DNA of 64,000 bases, from the NCBI GenBank assembly GCA_051294905.1, contig CM119372.1, positions 33,606,001-33,670,000 of the forward strand. The letters run 5' to 3'. This DNA is from Botryllus schlosseri. Its lineage: Eukaryota. Shown in pieces: positions 40,192 to 53,715 of this stretch (position 1 is the stretch's first letter; every line of letters starts with the position of its first letter). A program made the translations under genes and the position numbers. The notes beneath the pieces are model-generated. The model was not told where the DNA came from and did not search any database. It was given only the letters and a program-made list of their open reading frames with translations.

Positions 40192-43100
40192 CAGAGGCGG
40201 GCAACTTCTCCAGTCGGCGGGTCGGCGGGCCGGCTGGCCGGATTGCTGAATCTATACATTATTCGCCCATTTATCCACGTATACAAGGAATAAATCGTAT
40301 TTTATGAATGTATTTTAACGACAGCAATGCAACTTCAAAGCAATTTCTCGCCGATAATGACGAAGACAATGTGGATTTGAGAACAGCATTGTCATACAGC
40401 AGGGGCGGCCAAACCTTTTTGTCAGTCACGGCCGCATTTCGACTACTCATGTCGCCTACGGCCGCATTCCAGGGCATAGTCGTAATGAACAGGACGCCAA
40501 ATACTCATGTTAAAGTGTCTCTGTCCATTTCCGGTGATCTCCGTACCAGACATGGGGTAATCGCGATTAGTAATCGTAATCGATTACGACGATTACAGCA
40601 TTTTCAAGTAATCGTAATCGCAATCGATTACAATCGAAAAAATCCCGAAGTAATCGTAATCGTAATCGACTACTTCCCATATTTAATCGATTTATGTGTG
40701 AAAGAACGATTACTTTTTATTTGTACCAGGACTGTGACATAAACTGAACACTCGTGAACAAGGAAGAGATATTATACCAGTTATTGATAGCATAAACGTC
40801 TGATTCTCAAATGCCACTGCTCATTATTACGTCAGAGGTAGCCTATTAGCTTTGCTCGTCTCTGCGTAGGAAGTGTCCACACATAGTAAATAGATATTCA
40901 ATGTACATTAGTGTGATTGTAAGAAAACCCACCGTGCTGTATATCGGTTCATAAATACATTTCAGACGCCACTACCTCGCATCAGGATAATTAATCATAA
41001 TCACCTCTCTGCCTAAGTTAAAATAGCAACTTTTGTATTGATGTTTGGTTATGCTTCGTTAAACTATAGAATATAATAATTCGAGTTCTAGAGTTAAATG
41101 CAGTTTCACCGTTGCTGCTTGGCGAGCAGTAGGCCTATATGGCGCGAACGTACAGCAGACAAAGGATTTTGTACTCGCCAAATAAAACACTACGGTTTCC
41201 ACAACGAAGCATTAAAATCAGCAGCTGCTGATATATATTATAACTGGGCTGTTGTTTTGCCGTTTTTCGTAATGGCAGCTTGCATTGCATTATCTGCATA
41301 AGTTGAAGGCAGAATTTTATGTTCACTTTCTGTTATTCTCTTATTATTCTGCTCAAAATGGGCGCCAATCGCTAATTCACGAATCTTGACTGAACATTTG
41401 GACTTGCCGCCATAGCCATCGGCTTATAACATGTTAGCGTGGGTTGTAGCTAGAATCAGGATCAAAACAGCAAAAGCGTCCCCCAACCAAACTTTGGTCT
41501 TGGGCCTCCGTAGGGTAGTCAATTGTGAAGTTGAAGATTTAATTTCGTCAATATTATTGGTAATTGCATAATATTGCATTTTTAATCCGATCTCAGCGCC
41601 CCATGGTCAGATTTACCTGAAGAGCGGGGGGACGGGAGGGGGGGCGTAATTCATAATTATAACATCTGGTATCTTGCAATAATTACTTTATTGTATGTTG
41701 TTAATTCGTGACCTCCGGTCTGTTATATAGCCAAAAGATATTGATTGTAGTGGCCGAAACAGCAGACTAAAAGAAAAACTTGCGTGAGACGCACACACAA
41801 ATTGTCATGTCTAATGCTCTGTGGGTGCTCGGGTGGCATTTGCATCGTGGGCTCAGATTGGAAGGAATGGACTGTTAGTCACGCCCACCCAGCGCGGCTA
41901 TTAACAATGGACACATACCCTAAGTTTTGGCCAATGTCTTTCTTTAATAGCACACTTCGTGGAGTCTCATGTTGGCCGAAACTCCATATGTCTTTTGATG
42001 TGTCGAGGAGCGGTATTGACTGGCACCTAAATGCCTATTACTATGAAATATGCATGCTTTATTTCTTGGGGGGGGAAGGGGGGACGTATGCATTTCGAAA
42101 TCAAGCACTCTAGAGACATTTAAATCGCAAGGCTCAAAGAGAAATTCCAAGTTAATGACATCTCACGAAAATACTCTATAATTTATGTTGGTTTGCAAAA
42201 TACTTTTGAGTCCCCTCCAACCACGCTCCCCGCCCCGGCAGGCCAATTATTATTAGTCACTTTGTTGCATGCTGTTCTTTGCATGTCTTGACCTCCCGTC
42301 AGGATTGTCGGTATGCTGAGGAGCACACGATTCCGAGTTGGTATTTCTATATGAGGCGCATCTGTTCGCAATTGTACTGTGGGGCTCTGATTGCCAAGTG
42401 CGCAACTATGTTAAAATCGAAAAATGAAGTCGCGTTGAATTGCGCGCTACGCGAAGAAAATTTCAAGAATAAATAAGATCTTTCAATAAATCTGGAGTCA
42501 ATTCGTAAATTCAAATTCCATGTCGACGGCCGTCAACACCTACTAATTGAATTACGCGTCCACGGCCGCACGAAATTGCTTCTACGCCCGCAGGTTGGCC
42601 ACCCCTGTCATACAGGTACCACCATGTCTGCTTCTCTCTGATCAATCAACACACGGTGCAATCCTTCATTAAGATTTCAAGGCATTCATTAAGCCCGGTA
42701 CCCCCAATTTACCAAGATATCAATGCATTAATTAGGGTTTGGTAGGTGACGAGATAGCGTGGTTGCTAAACTATGTGGCCTGTTTATCTCGATACTGAAT
42801 TCATGCGGGCCACGGCCTCGAAATTTGAAATTGGCCCGCGACCCGTTTTCAGTTGGCGACACCTGGCACAAGCGGTGTGTTACAAAAGCCTAGAAGTGTG
42901 CGCCGTGCTACAAGTCGACGGTTACGGAATCAAAAATAGGAAATATCGGCTTGGTGTAAATGACCATTGTCGTCGACAAACACCATGATTACCACAAATT
43001 ACATTAGGGTTCAGTACATCGTAAATGCCGATGCTGCAAGTCTTCTCGCTTCGACTAACTTACGCGTAAGCTCCATACTCGCTCGCTGCGCATACTTGTA

Positions 43101-43254
43101 TATAATGACGTACAGTCACTAAAATTTGATGTATGTAAGCAATTAGGGGGAATCTCGGAAGACTGAAGCCGGCGGGCCGCAATATCATGTAAGACGAAAA
43201 ACTCTCCGCGGGCCGGACAAATTCCCTTCGCGGGCCGTATGTTGCCCGCCCCTG
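40192..43254. mobile_element. hAT element with nested insertions, ~390 bp upstream of the kinase ATG
   Basis: TIR CAGAGGCGGGCAAC / GTTGCCCGCCCCTG; TSD ATGTAACT. Confidence 0.88.
40400..42607. mobile_element. hAT MITE (family of 2743-3543), itself interrupted
   Basis: TIR CAGGGGCGGCCAA / TTGGCCACCCCTG; TSD TCATACAG. An internal element end with a GTAATC array lies at ~40547-40690. Confidence 0.88.
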
Positions 43255-43373
43255 ATGTAACTGAATCAATTCCGAATCTAACACTAGGCTTAAAGTCGAG
43301 AAGTCGATTGCCACACATTATGACGTCATACATAATAAGAATAAATAACTAAGTTTTAGTTTGTACCTTAGAC

Positions 43374-45498
43374 CAGTGCTCTTCAACCGGGGTTTTCGTA
43401 CACCCTGGGGTGTACCAAAATTTTAAAAGGGTGTACCACTCACATGGGGTGTACAGGGGTGTACCAGATCCGAATTAAACTTGACCGATGACTATATAGC
43501 TATCACAATAAACAGGCAGTGGTATGCTTCAGAAATTCAATATGTTGACCGGGCGTGCATCATCGTAAAATATGTTCATATCAGCTGTACGAGCTTGTAA
43601 GCTATATTCCTTTTGGTGTATCATAAGCATATGTTTGTGCACATCACTTGAATGTTGGTATGGACTTTTTGATTCCTTTTGGAGTAGAAAAGAATGGAGA
43701 TGACACGTGTTTCGCTTGCAATATCCATCTATAATGATGCTTGACGAAACCACTGCGACGGTTCAGAAATATTGAATTTGTACTTTCTGTGAGCTCCTTA
43801 TAAATAGCGCAGTGTACATCATTACAGGGGCGTAGCCAGGTTGTCTCGAAGGGGTCTAGTTTGAGAACCACTGTGCTAGCTGGTGGTCCGGATCCTCGAG
43901 CCCTGATTAGTATTTAGCATTTCAAATACGTTACAGCATTGTTCATCCTTATTTCAACAGGCCAGCACCTGCAGACATACGGTCGCATGCAGCCGTTAAA
44001 CAATATTTATGCAAAACATATTAATTAAATTAGAGCGTGTTTCGGGGTCCGTTATTATGAAATTTGAATTAACGAATAGGTTCTCAAATCTTTTAGTGAT
44101 TTTAAACTTGAAAATTTTATTCACGCTTGCGCTATTCAGAGGAGCAGGATTTTTCGTATTTTATATATAGTGTAATCTGAGTCCCACCGAACAAATGCAA
44201 ACCGTAAAGGAAAATGATGCACCCCATAAAGAAATACCAAGACGGATTCGTATGCGTGTATGCCTACAACCCCTCCATCTGCTCCATCGCTCAATCAATC
44301 ACGTGTGCCAAGAATGGATAAATAGTTGACAGTAATATATGAAACTACCCATATTATAGACGAAATAAATATTCCGCATGTAAAAGTTTTTAGCGCCCGC
44401 GCGACTACTGTTACGATTAAAAACTTCTATACGCAATGTATACCTCAAGAAATCAGTGATGGCGCAGAACACCACAAGCGCTCTCCGCGGTATCAAGTTG
44501 CCAGTAGCCAATTTAACATGAGTAATGAGTATATGCGGGGCCGAAACAGCTCTTCGTCAGCCCCCCCCCCGCCTAAACAAACGTTGGTCTTGGGCCCCCA
44601 TAGCGTCGTGACATAAACCAAACAGTAGACCCCTCATCACGGTCTACTTTTTATAACCGCTATTTTGTTATACACGTTAGTGGGCTAGTTTATACCGTAA
44701 GATCGCGTGAGGCGTAAAATTTTCTATCATTCGTGGGTGAATCCGTCAATAATATCAGAAATTGCATACATATTGTTATAAATTATGTTATTCTCTCACT
44801 CTGCCCAGGTAATCAGATTTACTTTGAGATTTACAATCAAAATGAAATGTTTTGGAAAATGTAGAGCCCGTAAATAAAAATAATTCGGGAGGGCCCCTTG
44901 GTCCCCTCGGGGTTTTCAGTCAGCACGAGGCGGTCCTTTTTGACCAATGTTTTCTCGCTGCAGATCATTCTGCCACACTTCTAGGATTGCATTTTGTTAC
45001 ATGGCCTAAAACTTCATATGTCTTGCAGCCTCGTGGCGCGGTAATGGCCGACACCGAAATGCCCATTGCTATTAATCTCGCATATTTTTTCTTGGGGAAG
45101 GCTACCCAATAATGAAGAAATTTGACATTAAATTGAGCGTAGGGCGAAAAAAATTGAATGAAGTTGAACAAATTTTTAAAAATATACTCGATAATTTATG
45201 TTTATTCAAGAAATAATTTTGGGACCCCTTCGAGCTCGCCCCCCCAATCGACGGGTTTCGGGTGCGGCAGTTAGAGTCCTGATGATATGACGACCAGATG
45301 AGCCATTCCGACTCTACGCCGGAATGCGGTATAGTATGCTATGTAAGAAATCGAAGCACGGCCGTGAATAACAAGGAGGTTGAACACCCCTAGTCTAGGC
45401 TTACTATACGGAATCAATGAGTTATCCGGTCAGGGGTGTACCAGTTTCAAGTAAACCTCAAAAGGGTGTACCACGATGAAAAAGGTTGAAGAGCACTG
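43374..45498. mobile_element. hAT (Charlie-like) element with GGGTGTACC motifs
   Basis: Perfect TIR CAGTGCTCTTCAACC / GGTTGAAGAGCACTG; TSD CCTTAGAC. Confidence 0.9.
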
Positions 45499-47761
45499 CC
45501 TTAGACAGTCTGAATGAAAATATCGACAGTTACACTCACTCAAATCAGTATGGCAATATCTATTCATTATTTAGCCTCATGCTGCATGTCTTGTCTACTG
45601 TTATGACTTGAGTATAGGTGTCATAGTTTCGACAGTGGGATGAAAGTGTCGAAATGATAATTCCTGTCTATTAAATAGTTCTTCATCACACATTTTGGCA
45701 GTAGAAAAAAAATTCCGCTCTTCGACCAGAATTACTGCAATCTATAATCATCTCGATTTCGATAACTCGGATCGTTTTGGCTAGCCTAGATCAGAGCCAA
45801 AGAAATTACTTTCCATAGTGATGACGCACGCTAAATTCTTCGGATCTAACCCTGCTATGATTCGCATCTCCAACCGAACAAACAAGAGCGACGTCTAATT
45901 TCAGACGCCTTGTCGTGATTATTTCTTTTCGATTTGTAGGCCTACTGCTATCCCAGACATCGATATAGAGTCGATGACAATGTATTGACGTGCTGTGCAC
46001 AGTAATAAACAGGGAAGGGGAGCTTTTCATCCGTCTAATTGGTGTAATTCCTCAAATAGCCTTTCAATAATAATTGACTGTTCCCACGCACTACATCCAT
46101 ACTCGTATCGTGGTAAATATACGGAAAAGTAAATTAGGATTACAATTCTGCGAATGAAATCATGACAGCTCTTACCGAAATTGCGATGTGATTTGAGGTA
46201 TGATTTATTTCAATTCAACTGGGATTTATATGTGTTGTATGGAATTTCAAGCTTAGCGTATGAATTAGTTTGGGAGACTCGCCTTTCTGCCATTGCCGAT
46301 TGCCGGAACCGGTCATACACTGCAGAAACCTTGTATATATTAACTTGGCAAAGTCCGTTCCCTATCTGCGCATGCATTTTTGTCAGATAATTCATTTTCC
46401 ATACAATTATAAATTAGGAAGGAGTTGGGATAGCAGTCAATCGAAGGTCATTACTGTACAATGGCGGGTATTCCTCACATTTCCTGACAACAGAAGTACC
46501 AATATAACAGTGCGAGAGATTGAGAAGGGCCATTGAGGTTTCTTGAGAAGGTCGTATGGTTCAGTGGCGGCTCGTAACAATATCGGGTGGTGGGACAAGG
46601 GCTTCGAGCGACTTTTATCAACATGACGTCACAGTGGCGTTTTCCAACGTCAAAAAGTAACTTTATGATGGTCACATGAATTTTCCGACAACTATTTGCT
46701 AGGGATTCAATTACATACAAGTAAGGTATTTTAATGACTGAGTATTGTGATGGCATTCACTTTAGCGAACGACAACGGAAAAATTTCCGATTTCTTTGTC
46801 GGTGTATGTGTTACACAGCTAATTCTAGTACACCTAACTATAGGACACATTTGGTAAACATCGTACAAAGTGTTTCTTTGTGATGGTAACGACTTTCAGC
46901 GGCTCGGTTTCATGTCGGGAATTATTATTCGGGGGTTCAAGAACAGTTTCAATCAATACTACAAATGAACAACAATGCGAAACACGTTTAGCGAATTGCA
47001 GTGTAGCAAGTACTTCCTTGATATTACGAGTGTTGTGCACTAGACACTTTTAGTTGAATTGGATGCGTCTAGCAAACATATCCCAATTTACTTTTGTAAT
47101 GATCAAAGTCTTGGAGTGTAACCTCGCGATATTTTACATTTAGCACGTTCCATAGGAAGTGTGAACGGAGTTGAGTATTAATCGTGTACTTGGGATAGTG
47201 CTTTGATATCAAAGAGATATCTTCACACTGTGTAATGTTTTCAATTATCTGTTTCGAATTCCGACAGTAACCACATTGATGTTAAATCCTCACTCTCGGT
47301 CATTGTAAGTGTATCCTAAACATCGCAACAGTCGGTATGGAAATCGAACGCATGCATACTTTTAGATAGGCGACACTAACAAGTTTATTACATCCATGAA
47401 ATACTCAGAAACGTCGATTCGTGATTGTGTCAGCTTGATTCATCCTCTATACCCGTGGACACAAAGATATCTTAACTTTGGTTACAACTCATTCGAAACG
47501 AATTGTCGCGTGCAATCTAAAAAAGCCCAAGTCGACGAGGAATGATTTGATTTTAATCAACTAAAAAGTTCTTTTGTTTTGATGTTGGATTTAATACAAT
47601 TTGTATGACTATAACGAATCCGATTCCAAAAGTGAAATGTTACTTTAAACATAAGTTTGACGACTTGCAGTCTGATATTGATAGATGTGTAGAGTAATAT
47701 GACTAGTTTATAAAATCTCGGTAATGTTTCTTGTCATGTCTGTGTTATCATCAAACAAATA

Positions 47762-48723
47762 GGGGAGATGTGGTACCGATGGATCACTGGGACCGAAGAT
47801 ACTTTAAAAATTCTCCATGATAATTCCATGATTACACTCCGTGAATTTTTCTACAAGTACATGCTGACAGAATCTTTTCTCACATGCAAAAAAATTCTAC
47901 CTGCATGAGTTATGGGGTCTGTGACGAATGATTTACGTTTTAGGGGGTGTAAAGTAAATTTGGATCGACATTTGCATTTTTCTATATCACCTTTCAGACT
48001 AATAAACCCGCTATAATTTTTGATGTGAAGTATAGGGCTTGTATCAGGGTATATAATGGCACATATTTTTTGAATCAATACCACCCTCGAGTGGACTATT
48101 TTCAAGTCAATTACAATATCTATGGGGTGGGGGACCTATGGTACCATAGCCAAATCAAGCAAAATAGATGGACCAACTAATCACTCAGCAACAGAAACGC
48201 GCCTGCATATATATAGGCTGTAAATCATAGTTACATGCGGTGTTTTATCGCTATTACGAGGTATTTGAAAGTCAAAATGTCGATTTGCGGGTAATATGTA
48301 TGTAGCATTAATTTTATAAGTTTAGGCGTAAATCAAAACATGATTTTTTGCCAACATTTGAGTTGATATAATCTATTTCATTCTTGAAGGTCGCGACGAA
48401 ACATTCTTCATTGACTTACTGTAGCTTAGCTTACAGTACACAACAAAACAAGTCAACAAATTTGAGTTTTTGAGCGTATGTCTCATAGGTCCCGTGGTCG
48501 TGTGCCTTTGGACCCACCGGGTGGGGACCGATGACACGTTCGAGCAACAAATTTTAAACGTTTATAATTATTTTTTGAAAAGGCGGATATTCATGTAAAT
48601 GTCCGCGATAGGTAGAGCTTGTATCGAAGTGTTGAGACAGCAAAAGATCTGCTATTCTCGGCTGAAGATTTGAGGGCCAGAGATCATTTTGTAATTTTTG
48701 ATCCATCGGTACCACAGCTCCCC
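47762..48723. mobile_element. TA-targeting (Tc1/mariner/pogo-type) MITE
   Basis: 25-bp TIR GGGGAGATGTGGTACCGATGGATCA (1 mismatch), flanked by TA on both sides. Confidence 0.85.
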
Positions 48724-51649
48724 TATGTGATTTGTTTCAAGTCTTACGATTAGATGTTATCTTTCGCGGTTGTAATAAAACGAAAGTTCTTTTAGAATAC
48801 TTACGAGTTCAATAATATTCTCTATCGACGAATGTTCCTGTGTCTTGCTGAATTTAGCTCTGTGTGGGTAAATTGATAGTAATTCAATTATAACTCAAAT
48901 TCATATTAACCGAAAAATACCTTTCGGTGATTTGGATTTTGTGATAATATTTGGTTCCAATACTGCGAATGAACAGTGATACAAAACACCAGATTACCAG
49001 ATTGGCCAGATTACGGTGTACAATTCCGATGTCTTTGATATTCCGAATTCAACATATAAACCAATAAGTGTACCAAACTAGTTTAAGCCTTGAAACCACA
49101 TGTCGAAGGTGAACGATTTGTTTTATTCAAATAAAAAAATACTTTGCTTCGGTGTCGCAGAAATGTAATTTGTATGAATTACATACACAACAATGAATCT
49201 ATTTCTACAATTTGGAATGCCACTTTTACCAGAATGTCTGTCGACTTGTATTCTAATATTCACAGACGGGTTAATCAAGATGAACGGTTTATAAAATCGC
49301 GGCGGTGTTTTTTGTTATACGACTGTTATCATCAAACAAATTTGTTTGTTTCAAGTCTTACGATTAGGCATTATCTTTCGTAGTTGAAATAAAACGAAAG
49401 TTTGTTGTTATGAGTTCAATAATATTCTCTATCGATGAATGCGAATGATACGACAGCTTGATACAGTTTTGTGGTTAACTCAAGTCAGGGATCATGTTTG
49501 CGTTGATTTCGAGAATGAACATGACGGGGTAGCAGATAATTTAGTTAATGTGGTAATAACCATGTCGTAAAGAGTTGCTGACATTAAAATATATTTTACG
49601 GTGTAATGTACGGATTCACTTGTGGTAATTTAATTCTCAGTCCCTGATCGGACGAGTATTCAAATATCGTATACTCAAAATATAATTTGTTTATGTCAAG
49701 TCGGGTATGCACCGATTAGTAAATACTTTGTCTTACAGAATAGTGATGAGATTTACAGTTGAATAAAAAGATCGGTCATATGTGTACAGTCAGGATGAAT
49801 TATTCAAGTTTGCAAGTTGTAGTGATATAATCAAGTAAGTCAAAATCGGATTTATGACTTGTGAATGTTGTTTGTGAAGTCCTTTGAGTGTGGTAAGATA
49901 TTGAAACGTCGGGATGTACTAGCGCTTTCATTTCCCTAAACTCAGTTGCAACAAAAAACAATTATAGACCAATGATAAAGTTGTAAGTTTCAACGTTCTG
50001 TTTCAAATCATTGTGTGAATAATCCGACAAACACGCATTCAACATTCTTAATATTATTGATATAAGACATTACCATGTTTACTGACTTTGAATAATATTA
50101 TCCTGATGTCAAGGCGGTAGATTAACATATTCCGATACAATTCAGCTTCACTTGTAGCGCGAGTGAGATTTCGAGTTGGTAAATTAACACATTGATTGAA
50201 TATTATCATGATTCTTATGACGCAACTAAAGTCAATCCTATTCTAGAAGCGTGAAAACTTATAGCGACTGTGTGGAAATCGAAAACGGAGCTGAAAGTTG
50301 GTCAAGTCAAGTAATATTCAGTTTCAAAAAGATTAAACTCCTAAAAAGATTAGAGTTATACCGACAATTGACAATTTGTTGGTATTCAAGTTACCCATGC
50401 TGGAGGTTCTTTTATTCGTTACATATTAAATCTTACCAGCGAAATCAAGTTCTGTGACAAAATGATTACTAAAATTTCACCGCGTGAGCGATCGGTATGG
50501 CTGTAACACCAAGTCACTAAAGATGGTTATGTCCGAGACATTATCTTGTCAGCGATCGCGGGATTTGCAATCTATTTTACACTTTTGTGAAGTGTTAATT
50601 TGCGAGCGCGGTTATTGTTGGTTTTCGAACACCGTCTATGCCGGCTCTGTGACCAATTAATTACCAAAATATTAACATGCGAGTAATTCCTAGATTTAGC
50701 AAACTATTTCACACCATTTTGCTGTAGGGCTTGACCGAACTACTGTACAATATACTGTAGCGGCACAAAACATCCAACCAGCTGTTCAACGGGAAACAAT
50801 TCAGGATGTGAGAGGGCAGGATGCCAGAGTCATTTGTCGCACGGAATATAGGTCGCGCTCGAAAACATGTTTTCAAAATCCACTTGCGATGAAATGCACA
50901 ACGCGCCGCGTTTCTGAATTTCCTGTGTCTGCTTATTGATTATATTTTGCGAAACGATATAGGCCGATTTTAACGTGTCACACAGGTCAAAATGCAGCGT
51001 TTGCGACTTCCGAAATGCACTTTTCTGACTTCCGCTAGGCTAGGGTTGCCATACGTCCGGAATTACCCGGACATGTCCGGAATTTCACTGAAAAATTTGC
51101 GTCCGGGAGGAATTTCTAAAATATGCCTAAATGTCCGGAATTTTGAAGGCTTGAAGCAGGCTCAAAAGTTTTTCGTAAATCAACATAAACAATATTTTTT
51201 TCAAGCAGATTTATGCTATTCAAAATTGTTCTTCACGCCACGCGCGAGCTTGTAACGTATAAGGATATTATTATGGGCTTCAGGCACCACCCTCGCAAAA
51301 AAATGCAATCAAAATAAATATAAATAACCATCATTTACTGAAATAAGTCTGATTGTAATCGCTATATAAGCTAATAAGCTAACGGTATATTCCTAGAGTT
51401 GGTTAAGGCTGATTGGATGCTTCAATCACATACAGTTGCTCCAAATCTTGGGGTCGTCCGCCTTTATCTGGAGATCGCGATGATGTTGAACGTAATCAGC
51501 TTCCTATGCCGTGTGCAAGTTTGGGCAAGCTGAATTTTTTTAGTAATCTGCTTATCAAGTTTTGAGCTTTGCCACGGAACATTTTCTAGTGGGAAATGAG
51601 GTCGCGAGCATAAAAGGTTGGAAATCACCGGATTTGCAACCAGCTAGTA

Positions 51650-51968
51650 CAGTGGTTCTCAACCTTTTTTTGACGCGCCGCCCTTTTTAATAGTGAAAAA
51701 TTTCGCGCCCCCCCTTATCGTCATATCACAAAATCTAACTGGGATGCTAGCAACCCCAACAGATTGTTTGGTGGTATGGTCGCGGTCGGTTATGAATGTT
51801 GATGAGAGAATAAAAAATATGAAATTGCGTCTATATAGAGAAACACGCCTGCATTGAAGGCAAATCGCGCAAAGCACGAAAAATTTTTTCAGGTGACCGC
51901 TTCTTCGCGCCCCCTTCAGATGTTTCACGCCCCCCAAGGGGGGCGCGCCCCCAGGTTGAGAACCCCTG
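51650..51968. mobile_element. hAT MITE nested in 51041-54068
   Basis: TIR CAGTGGTTCTCAACC / GGTTGAGAACCCCTG; TSD AGCTAGTA / TGCTAGTG (2 mismatches). Relative at ~23222. Confidence 0.75.
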
Positions 51969-52158
51969 TGCTAGTGCATTTTATAGTAGGCTAATATATC
52001 GAAGAATCAATATTATTGACAGAATTCATACATAAAATATAACAGTCAAATGCAAATAGTAAGTGCCCACCAAGTTACATCGACTACCCTATGGTGGCCC
52101 AAGATCAGTGCTTTTTGGGCGGAAGGGGGGGAGGGGAGAAAAAAATGTTGTTTCGGAC

Positions 52159-53715
52159 CAGAGTTGGATCAATTACATTATTTCAGTTCAATTACAATTA
52201 CAATTACAATTACTTTCATGCATGTTTCAATTACATTACAATTACAATTACTCCATGCTAAAAATATCAAATTACAATTACAATTACAATTACTCCTTGC
52301 ATGCTTCAATTACATTACAATTACAATTACAATTACTGCTGTTGAATATGTAATTGAATAATCATAAATTCAACCGTGCTCCTTGACAACCGTAGCGTCG
52401 TATTTAACAACAATTCAAGTCTAGTTCAGATTGTGTAGTAATAAATGCGTTTATGTGCGTACATAGTATGCTATGTAAGATGTCATCGTGACGTAAGACG
52501 TAATATAAGCGTGTTTTGTATGCTCGGTAATTATGGTTCACGTAATTGGAAATGTAAAATGTTATTTACCTAATTTCCTATGGGTTAGGATTAACGATAG
52601 GGTGCAGTATGTCGTTGAAAAAGTATTATAATATATGCACGTGTTGGATTTGCGTATATAGTATATAATTAAAGAAATAATATTATTTTCATCGAGAGAC
52701 GTAGGAATTAGGATGAGGAGTAAAAAAAAACCGTGAATTGTCAGATAAGACGTTATATAATATCCAGTGGTCTGGTTAGTTAGCCAAACGAAGTAACGAT
52801 GCAGCATCGTGATCTGAAATCGTATTGTAGATTGCCAACCCACGGATAGATGCGCAGGATGTGAGTCACGGATGAATGCACCGACAAACGTACTGCAGAG
52901 CCGGCTAAAAGCAGCAAACTTTGTAGTCCTAGAGCTGGCGATCCATGCGTCCAAATTTGATGCATCTGGTCTTTATCGTAAGCTATTGATGTACTAATTC
53001 CGAAAATACAAAATAAAATCTCGTCAGGGCAATGTATCTGCTCCAAAATAGCCGTTTAAGGCCGACTGTTCTGGAAAGTGAGAGCGCTGCAGCATGACCA
53101 CAACAATTACCAATTACGCCCAGCGATTGTTCAGAACAATGCCGATTCCCAGACTTTCACGACTATTTTGGGATGGTACCATTGCCTGGAAATATACTTT
53201 TATTGCGGAATCAGTGTGACACTAGCTTTTGATTAGGACCATACATATCAAATTTCGACGCTTGGATCGCCAGCTATGGGACTGTCAATTCTGCTGCTTT
53301 TAGCCGGCTCAGCAGTCCGCTTCTCGCTTCTCTGAGTCACGTGTTGCGAATCCATCCGTTGGTTAGTAATCTAAAAATTGTATACAATGGCAGCCGAGGC
53401 CAGCATAGCGGTAAAAAAAAAAAACTTCGCCCGCAAGGGCGCAGTCAAGGGCTTCCGCGAATGGATCCACCAAATTCCTTGTCGACATTTGAAGAGAATG
53501 CATTATAAGTCAAATATTTTATGTTGTACTTGTCAGGTCTCAATAGCAATTCAATGTAATTGAAATGTAATTGAGCAAAATTTTTGTCAAATTACAATTA
53601 CAATTACAATTACACAAAATAAAAATGCTTCAATTACAATTAAATTACAATTACATTGAAAAATGTAATTAATTACATTCAATTACAATTACAAATTACA
53701 ATTGATCCAACTCTG
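52159..53715. mobile_element. hAT MITE with (AATTAC)n arrays
   Basis: TIR CAGAGTTGGATCAATT / AATTGATCCAACTCTG; TSD TTTCGGAC. Contains an internal inverted repeat ~52825-52985 / 53220-53375. Confidence 0.9.

Noticed and set aside
52050..52361. Low-complexity ORFs (ITITIT, LQLQLQ, NYNYNY)
   Set aside because: Artefacts of (AATTAC)n arrays in a MITE; likewise 14409-14782 and 20490-20747.
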